Assembly (NCBI GenBank): GCA_964057225.1
Contig: CAXKVF010000075.1
Coordinates: forward strand, 310,001 to 374,000
Direction of reading: 5' to 3'
From: Auanema rhodensis
Taxonomy: Eukaryota > Animalia > Nematoda
Length of the DNA: 64,000 bases
A program made the position numbers and the translations under genes. The notes below the pieces were generated by a model. The model was not told the origin of the DNA. It worked only from the letters and a program-made list of their open reading frames with translations, and made no database searches. Shown piece by piece: positions 53,701-64,000 of the stretch; the first letter of the stretch is position 1, and each line of letters opens with the position of its first letter.

Positions 53701-56700
53701 ATTAGATTCCCCATGTCCATATTAGTCTAAAAACAAATTTTTATTGATATTGGTGCATGGTAACCATGACTTTGAAATTTACGTGAACTTTAATTTATGC
53801 TAATTAAATGTACACGTGATGTGCACTTGGTATGTAACTCGCTTCACGTGAAAGATAAAGAGATGCGGTTTTCAAAATTAGATTCCCCATGTCCATATTA
53901 GTCTAAAAACAAATTTTTATTGATATTGGTTCATGGTAACCATGACTTTGAAATTTACGTGAATTTTAATTTATGCTTATTAAATGTACACGTGATGTGC
54001 ACTTGGTATGTAACTCGCTTCACGTGAAAGATAAAGAGATGCGGTTTTCAAAATTAGATTCCCCATGTCCATATTAGTCTAAAAACAAATTTTTATTGAT
54101 ATTGGTTCATGGTAACCATGACTTTGAAATTTACGTGAACTTTAATTTATGCTAATTAAATGTACACGTGATGTGCACTTGGTATGTAACTCGCTTCACG
54201 TGAAAGATAAAGAGATGCGGTTTTTAAAATTAGATTCCCCATGTCCATATTAGTGTAAAAACAAATTTTTATTGATATTGGTGCATGGTAACCATGACTT
54301 TGAAATTTACGTGAACATTAATTTATGCTAATTAAATGTACACGTGATGTGCACTTGGTATGTAACTCACTTCACGTGAAAGATAAAGAGATACGGTTTT
54401 CAAAATTAGATTCCCCATGTCCATATTAGTCTAAAAACAAATTTTTATTGATATTGGTGCATGGTAACCATGACTTTGAAATTTACGTGAACTTTAATTT
54501 ATGCTAATTAAATGTACACGTGATGTGCACTTGGTATGTAACTCGCTTCACGTGAAAGATAAAGAGATGCGGTTTTCAAAATTAGATTCCCCATGTCCAT
54601 ATTAGTCTAAAAACAAATTTTTATTGATATTGGTGCATGGTAACCATGACTTTGAAATTTACGTGAACTTTAATTTATGCTAATTAAATGTACACGTGAT
54701 GTGCACTTGGTATGTAACTCGCTTCACGTGAAAGATAAAGAGATGCGGTTTTCAAAATTAGATTCCCCATGTCCATATTAGTCTAAAAACAAATTTTTAT
54801 TGATATTGGTTCATGGTAACCATGACTTTGAAATTTACGTGAACTTTAATTCATGCTAATTAAATGTACACGTGATGTGCACTTGGTATGTAACTCGCTT
54901 CACGTGAAAGATAAAGAGATGCGGTTTTCACAATTAGATTCCCCATGGCCATATTAGTCTAAAAACAAATTTTTATTAATATTGGTGCATGGTAACCATG
55001 ACTTTGAAATTTACGTGAACTTTAATTTATGCTAATTAAATGTACACGTGATGTGCACTTGGTATGTAACTCGCTTCACGTGAAAGATAAAGAGATGCGG
55101 TTTTCAAAATTAGATTCCCCATGTCCATATTAGTCTAAAAACAAATTTTTATTGATATTGGTGCATGGTAACCATGACTTTGAAATTTACGTGAACTTTA
55201 ATTTATGCTAATTAAATGTACACGTGATGTGCACTTGGTATGTAACTCGCTTCACGTGAAAGATGAAGAGATGCGGTTTTCAAAATTAGATTCCCCATGT
55301 CCATATTAGTCTAAAAACAAATTTTTATTGATATTGGTGCATGGTAACCATGACTTTGAAATTTACGTGAACTTTAATTTATGCTAATTAAATGTACACG
55401 TGATGTGCACTTGGTATGTAACTCGCTTCACGTGAAAGATAAAGAGATGCGGTTTTCAAAATTAGATTCCCCATGTCCATATTAGTCTAAAAACAAATTT
55501 TTATTGATATTGGTGCATGGTAACCATGACTTTGAAATTTACGTGAACTTTAATTTATGCTAATTAAATGTACACGTGATGTGCACTTGGTATGTAACTC
55601 GCTTCACGTGAAAGATAAAGAGATGCGGTTTTCAAAATTAGATTCCCCATGTCCATATTAGTCTAAAAACAAATTTTTATTGATATTGGTGCATGGTAAC
55701 CATGACTTTGAAATTTACGTGAACTTTAATTTATGCTAATTAAATGTACACGTGATGTGCACTTGGTATGTAACTCGCTTCACGTGAAAGATAAAGAGAT
55801 GCGGTTTTCAAAATTAGATTCCCCATGTCCATATTAGTCTAAAAACAAATTTTTATTGATATTGCTTCATGGTAACCATGACTTTGAAATTTACGTGAAC
55901 TTTAATTTATGCTAATTAAATGTACACGTGATGTGCACTTGGTATGTAACTCGCTTCACGTGAAAGATAAAGAGATGCGGTTTTCAAAATTAGATTCCCC
56001 ATGTCCATATTAGTCTAAAAACAATTTTTTATTGATATTGGTTCATGGTAACCATGACTTTGAAATTTACGTGAATTTTAATTTATGCTTATTAAATGTA
56101 CACGTGATGTGCACTTGGTATGTAACTCGCTTCACGTGAAAGATAAAGAGATGCGGTTTTCAAAATTAGATTCCCCATGTCCATATTAGTCTAAAAACAA
56201 ATTTTTATTGATATTGGTTCATGGTAACCATGACTTTGAAATTTACGTGAACTTTAATTTATGCTAATTAAATGTACACGTGATGTGCACTTGGTATGTA
56301 ACTCGCTTCACGTGAAAGATAAAGAGATGCGGTTTTCAAAATTAGATTCCCCATGTCCATATTAGTCTAAAAACAAATTTTTATTGATATTGGTTCATGG
56401 TAACCATGACTTTGAAATTTACGTGAATTTTAATTTATGCTTATTAAATGTACACGTGATGTGCACTTGGTATGTAACTCGCTTCACGTGAAAGATAAAG
56501 AGATGCGGTTTTCAAAATTAGATTCCCCATGTCCATATTAGTCTAAAAACAAATTTTTATTGATATTGGTGCATGGTAACCATGACTTTGAAATTTACGT
56601 GAACTTTAATTTATGCTAATTAAATGTACACGTGATGTGCACTTGGTATGTAACTCGCTTCACGTGAAAGATAAAGAGATGCGGTTTTCAAAATTAGATT

Positions 56701-59700
56701 CACCATGTCCATATTAGTCTAAAAACAAATTTTTATTGATATTGGTTCATGGTAACCATGACTTTGAAATTTACGTGAACTTTAATTTATGCTAATTAAA
56801 TGTACAAGTGATGTGCACTTGGTATGTAACTCGCTTCACGTGAAAGATAAAGAGATGCGGTTTTCAGAATTAGATTCCCCATGTCCATATTAGTCTAAAA
56901 ACAAATTTTTATTGATATTGCTTCATGGTAACCATGACTTTGAAATTTACGTGAACTTTAATTTATGCTAATTAAATGTACACGTGATGTGCACTTGGTA
57001 TGTAACTCGCTTCACGTGAAAGATAAAGAGATGCGGTTTTCAAAATTAGATTCCCCATGTCCATATTAGTCTAAAAACAAATTTTTATTGATATTCGTTC
57101 ATGGTAACCATGACTTTGAAATTTACGTGAATTTTAATTTATGCTTATTAAATGTACACGTGATGTGCACTTGGTATGTAACTCGCTTCACGTGAAAGAT
57201 AAAGAGATGCGGTTTTCAAAATTAGATTCCCCATGTCCATATTAGTCTAAAAACAAATTTTTATTGATATTGGTTCATGGTAACCATGACTTTGAAATTT
57301 ACGTGAACTTTAATTTATGCTAATTAAATGTACACGTGATGTGCACTTGGTATGTAACTCGCTTCACGTGAAAGATAAAGAGATGCGGTTTTCAAAATTA
57401 GATTCCCCATGTCCATATTAGTCTAAAAACAAATTTTTATTGATATTGGTTCATGGTAACCATGACTTTGAAATTTACGTGAATTTTAATTTATGCTTAT
57501 TAAATGTACACGTGATGTGCACTTGGTATGTAACTCGCTTCACGTGAAAGATAAAGAGATGCGGTTTTCAAAATTAGATTCCCCATGTCCATATTAGTCT
57601 AAAAACAAATTTTTATTGATATTGGTTCATGGTAACCATGACTTTGAAATTTACGTGAACTTTAATTTATGCTAATTAAATGTACACGTGATGTGCACTT
57701 GGTATGTAACTCGCTTCACGTGAAAGATAAAGAGATGCGGTTTTCAAAATTAGATTCCCCATGTCCATATTAGTGTAAAAACAAATTTTTATTGATATTG
57801 GTGCATGGTAACCATGACTTTGAAATTTACGTGAACATTAATTTATGCTAATTAAATGTACACGTGATGTGCACTTGGTATGTAACTCACTTCACGTGAA
57901 AGATAAAGAGATACGGTTTTCAAAATTAGATTCCCCATGTCCATATTAGTCTAAAAACAAATTTTTATTGATATTGGTGCATGGTAACCATGACTTTGAA
58001 ATTTACGTGAACTTTAATTTATGCTAATTAAATGTACACGTGATGTGCACTTGGTATGTAACTCGCTTCACGTGAAAGATAAAGAGATGCGGTTTTCAAA
58101 ATTAGATTCCCCATGTCCATATTAGTCTAAAAACAAATTTTTATTGATATTGGTGCATGGTAACCATGACTTTGAAATTTACGTGAACTTTAATTTATGC
58201 TAATTAAATGTACACGTGATGTGCACTTGGTATGTAACTCGCTTCACGTGAAAGATAAAGAGATGCGGTTTTCAAAATTAGATTCCCCATGTCCATATTA
58301 GTCTAAAAACAAATTTTTATTGATATTGGTTCATGGTAACCATGACTTTGAAATTTACGTGAACTTTAATTCATGCTAATTAAATGTACACGTGATGTGC
58401 ACTTGGTATGTAACTCGCTTCACGTGAAAGATAAAGAGATGCGGTTTTCACAATTAGATTCCCCATGGCCATATTAGTCTAAAAACAAATTTTTATTAAT
58501 ATTGGTGCATGGTAACCATGACTTTGAAATTTACGTGAACTTTAATTTATGCTAATTAAATGTACACGTGATGTGCACTTGGTATGTAACTCGCTTCACG
58601 TGAAAGATAAAGAGATGCGGTTTTCAAAATTAGATTCCCCATGTCCATATTAGTCTAAAAACAAATTTTTATTGATATTGGTGCATGGTAACCATGACTT
58701 TGAAATTTACGTGAACTTTAATTTATGCTAATTAAATGTACACGTGATGTGCACTTGGTATGTAACTCGCTTCACGTGAAAGATGAAGAGATGCGGTTTT
58801 CAAAATTAGATTCCCCATGTCCATATTAGTCTAAAAACAAATTTTTATTGATATTGGTGCATGGTAACCATGACTTTGAAATTTACGTGAACTTTAATTT
58901 ATGCTAATTAAATGTACACGTGATGTGCACTTGGTATGTAACTCGCTTCACGTGAAAGATAAAGAGATGCGGTTTTCAAAATTAGATTCCCCATGTCCAT
59001 ATTAGTCTAAAAACAAATTTTTATTGATATTGGTGCATGGTAACCATGACTTTGAAATTTACGTGAACTTTAATTTATGCTAATTAAATGTACACGTGAT
59101 GTGCACTTGGTATGTAACTCGCTTCACGTGAAAGATAAAGAGATGCGGTTTTCAAAATTAGATTCCCCATGTCCATATTAGTCTAAAAACAAATTTTTAT
59201 TGATATTGCTTCATGGTAACCATGACTTTGAAATTTACGTGAACTTTAATTTATGCTAATTAAATGTACACGTGATGTGCACTTGGTATGTAACTCGCTT
59301 CACGTGAAAGATAAAGAGATGCGGTTTTCAAAATTAGATTCCCCATGTCCATATTAGTCTAAAAACAATTTTTTATTGATATTGGTTCATGGTAACCATG
59401 ACTTTGAAATTTACGTGAACTTTAATTTATGCTAATTAAATGTACACGTGATGTGCACTTGGTATGTAACTCGCTTCACGTGAAAGATAAAGAGATGCGG
59501 TTTTCAAAATTAGATTCCCCATGTCCATATTAGTCTAAAAACAAATTTTTATTGATATTGGTGCATGGTAACCATGACTTTGAAATTTACGTGAACTTTA
59601 ATTTATGCTAATTAAATGTACACGTGATGTGCACTTGGTATGTAACTCGCTTCACGTGAAAGATAAAGAGATGCCGTTTTCAAAATTAGATTCCCCATGT

Positions 59701-62700
59701 CCATATTAGTCTAAAAACAAATTTTTATTGATATTGGTGCATGGTAACCATGACTTTGAAATTTACGTGAACTTTAATTTATGCTAATTAAATGTACACG
59801 TGATGTGCACTTGGTATGTAACTCGCTTCACGTGAAAGATAAAGAGATGCGGTTTTCAAAATTAGATTCCCCATGTCCATATTAGTCTAAAAACAAATTT
59901 TTATTGATATTGGTTCATGGTAACCATGACTTTGAAATTTACGTGAACTTTAATTCATGCTAATTAAATGTACACGTGATGTGCACTTGGTATGTAACTC
60001 GCTTCACGTGAAAGATAAAGAGATGCGGTTTTCAAAATTAGATTCCCCATGTCCATATTAGTCTAAAAACAAATTTTTATTGATATTGGTGCATGGTAAC
60101 CATGACTTTGAAATTTACGTGAACTTTAATTTATGCTGATTAAATGTACACGTGATGTGCACTTGGTATGTAACTCGCTTCACGTGAAAGATGAAGAGAT
60201 GCGGTTTTCAAAATTAGATTCCCCATGTCCATATTAGTCTAAAAACAAATTTTTATTGATATTGGTGCATGGTAACCATGACTTTGAAATTTACGTGAAC
60301 TTTAATTTATGCTAATTAAATGTACACGTGATGTGCACTTGGTATGTAACTCGCTTCACGTGAAAGATAAAGAGATGCGGTTTTCAAAATTAGATTCCCC
60401 ATGTCCATATTAGTCTAAAAACAAATTTTTATTGATATTGGTGCATGGTAACCATGACTTTGAAATTTACGTGAACTTTAATTTATGCTAATTAAATGTA
60501 CACGTGATGTGCACTTGGTATGTAACTCGCTTCACGTGAAAGATAAAGAGATGCGGTTTTCAAAATTAGATTCCCCATGTCCATATTAGTCTAAAAACAA
60601 ATTTTTATTGATATTGGTGCATGGTAACCATGACTTTGAAATTTACGTGAACTTTAATTTATGCTAATTAAATGTACACGTGATGTGCACTTGGTATGTA
60701 ACTCGCTTCACGTGAAAGATGAAGAGATGCGGTTTTCAAAATTAGATTCCCCATGTCCATATTAGTCTAAAAACAAATTTTTATTGATATTGGTGCATGG
60801 TAACCATGACTTTGAAATTTACGTGAACTTTAATTTATGCTAATTAAATGTACACGTGATGTGCACTTGGTATGTAACTCGCTTCACGTGAAAGATAAAG
60901 AGATGCGGTTTTCAAAATTAGATTCCCCATGTCCATATTAGTCTAAAAACAAATTTTTATTGATATTGGTGCATGGTAACCATGACTTTGAAATTTACGT
61001 GAACTTTAATTTATGCTAATTAAATGTACACGTGATGTGCACTTGGTATGTAACTCGCTTCACGTGAAAGATAAAGAGATGCGGTTTTCAAAATTAGATT
61101 CCCCATGTCCATATTAGTCTAAAAACAAATTTTTATTGATATTGGTGCATGGTAACCATGACTTTGAAATTTACGTGAACTTTAATTTATGCTAATTAAA
61201 TGTACACGTGATGTGCACTTGGTATGTAACTCGCTTCACGTGAAAGATAAAGAGATGCGGTTTTCAAAATTAGATTCCCCATGTCCATATTAGTCTAAAA
61301 ACAAATTTTTATTGATATTGCTTCATGGTAACCATGACTTTGAAATTTACGTGAACTTTAATTTATGCTAATTAAATGTACACGTGATGTGCACTTGGTA
61401 TGTAACTCGCTTCACGTGAAAGATAAAGAGATGCGGTTTTCAAAATTAGATTCCCCATGTCCATATTAGTCTAAAAACAATTTTTTATTGATATTGGTTC
61501 ATGGTAACCATGACTTTGAAATTTACGTGAACTTTAATTTATGCTAATTAAATGTACACGTGATGTGCACTTGGTATGTAACTCGCTTCACGTGAAAGAT
61601 AAAGAGATGCGGTTTTTAAAATTAGATTCCCCATGTCCATATTAGTCTAAAAACAAATTTTTATTGATATTGCTTCATGGTAACCATGACTTTGAAATTT
61701 ACGTGAACTTTAATTTATGCTAATTAAATGTACACGTGATGTGCACTTGGTATGTAACTCGCTTCACGTGAAAGATAAAGAGATGCGGTTTTCAAAATTA
61801 GATTCCCCATGTCCATATTAGTCTAAAAACAAATTTTTATTGATATTGGTGCATGGTAACCATGACTTTGAAATTTACGTGAACTTTAATTTATGCTAAT
61901 TAAATGTACACGTGATGTGCACTTGGTATGTAACTCGCTTCACGTGAAAGATGAAGAGATGCGGTTTTCAAAATTAGATTCCCCATGTCCATATTAGTCT
62001 AAAAACAAATTTTTATTGATATTGGTGCATGGTAACCATGACTTTGAAATTTACGTGAACTTTAATTTATGCTAATTAAATGTACACGTGATGTGCACTT
62101 GGTATGTAACTCGCTTCACGTGAAAGATAAAGAGATGCGGTTTTCAAAATTAGATTCCCCATGTCCATATTAGTCTAAAAACAAATTTTTATTGATATTG
62201 GTGCATGGTAACCATGACTTTGAAATTTACGTGAACTTTAATTTATGCTAATTAAATGTACACGTGATGTGCACTTGGTATGTAACTCGCTTCACGTGAA
62301 AGATAAAGAGATGCCGTTTTCAAAATTAGATTCCCCATGTCCATATTAGTCTAAAAACAAATTTTTATTGATATTGGTGCATGGTAACCATGACTTTGAA
62401 ATTTACGTGAACTTTAATTTATGCTAATTAAATGTACACGTGATGTGCACTTGGTATGTAACTCGCTTCACGTGAAAGATAAAGAGATGCGGTTTTCAAA
62501 ATTAGATTCCCCATGTCCATATTAGTCTAAAAACAAATTTTTATTGATATTGGTTCATGGTAACCATGACTTTGAAATTTACGTGAACTTTAATTCATGC
62601 TAATTAAATGTACACGTGATGTGCACTTGGTATGTAACTCGCTTCACGTGAAAGATAAAGAGATGCGGTTTTCAAAATTAGATTCCCCATGTCCATATTA

Positions 62701-64000
62701 GTCTAAAAACAAATTTTTATTGATATTGGTGCATGGTAACCATGACTTTGAAATTTACGTGAACTTTAATTTATGCTGATTAAATGTACACGTGATGTGC
62801 ACTTGGTATGTAACTCGCTTCACGTGAAAGATGAAGAGATGCGGTTTTCAAAATTAGATTCCCCATGTCCATATTAGTCTAAAAACAAATTTTTATTGAT
62901 ATTGGTGCATGGTAACCATGACTTTGAAATTTACGTGAACTTTAATTTATGCTAATTAAATGTACACGTGATGTGCACTTGGTATGTAACTCGCTTCACG
63001 TGAAAGATAAAGAGATGCGGTTTTCAAAATTAGATTCCCCATGTCCATATTAGTCTAAAAACAAATTTTTATTGATATTGGTGCATGGTAACCATGACTT
63101 TGAAATTTACGTGAACTTTAATTTATGCTAATTAAATGTACACGTGATGTGCACTTGGTATGTAACTCGCTTCACGTGAAAGATAAAGAGATGCGGTTTT
63201 CAAAATTAGATTCCCCATGTCCATATTAGTCTAAAAACAAATTTTTATTGATATTGGTGCATGGTAACCATGACTTTGAAATTTACGTGAACTTTAATTT
63301 ATGCTAATTAAATGTACACGTGATGTGCACTTGGTATGTAACTCGCTTCACGTGAAAGATGAAGAGATGCGGTTTTCAAAATTAGATTCCCCATGTCCAT
63401 ATTAGTCTAAAAACAAATTTTTATTGATATTGGTGCATGGTAACCATGACTTTGAAATTTACGTGAACTTTAATTTATGCTAATTAAATGTACACGTGAT
63501 GTGCACTTGGTATGTAACTCGCTTCACGTGAAAGATAAAGAGATGCGGTTTTCAAAATTAGATTCCCCATGTCCATATTAGTCTAAAAACAAATTTTTAT
63601 TGATATTGGTGCATGGTAACCATGACTTTGAAATTTACGTGAACTTTAATTTATGCTAATTAAATGTACACGTGATGTGCACTTGGTATGTAACTCGCTT
63701 CACGTGAAAGATAAAGAGATGCGGTTTTCAAAATTAGATTCCCCATGTCCATATTAGTCTAAAAACAAATTTTTATTGATATTGGTGCATGGTAACCATG
63801 ACTTTGAAATTTACGTGAACTTTAATTTATGCTAATTAAATGTACACGTGATGTGCACTTGGTATGTAACTCGCTTCACGTGAAAGATAAAGAGATGCGG
63901 TTTTCAAAATTAGATTCCCCATGTCCATATTAGTCTAAAAACAAATTTTTATTGATATTGCTTCATGGTAACCATGACTTTGAAATTTACGTGAACTTTA
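38701..64000 (-). repeat. Same 176-bp satellite in reverse-complement orientation, about 144 copies, running off the window end
   Basis: ACTCGCTTCACGTGAAAGATAAAGAGATGCGG is the reverse complement of the left-array monomer. Period is 176 throughout. Confidence 0.99.

Overview
Eukaryotic heterochromatin-type window. The host is probably a nematode, inferred only from ORF1 motif resemblance. About 92% of the window is a very homogeneous 176-bp AT-rich satellite (about 32% GC) dense in palindromes and E-boxes: roughly 191 copies on the + strand (4892-38500), a 200-N gap, then roughly 144 copies in the opposite orientation (38701-64000). One apparently full-length, intact CR1/L2-group non-LTR retrotransposon (203-4891; ORF1 plus APE-RT ORF2) sits in the satellite with a 26-bp target-site duplication (TSD). 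Most notable points: (i) the element starts with exactly six perfect 17-bp repeats, each carrying a consensus ROR/Rev-erb response element (AAACTAGGTCA); (ii) the insertion plus an adjacent ~140-bp satellite deletion leaves the 176-bp register exactly in phase; (iii) the target site is the satellite's longest inverted repeat; (iv) the element has no poly(A) or microsatellite tail but has a stem-rich 3' UTR; (v) the satellite splits into three variant domains, with repeats at 9-34-monomer spacings. No host genes were found. All analysis was by eye, without searches.
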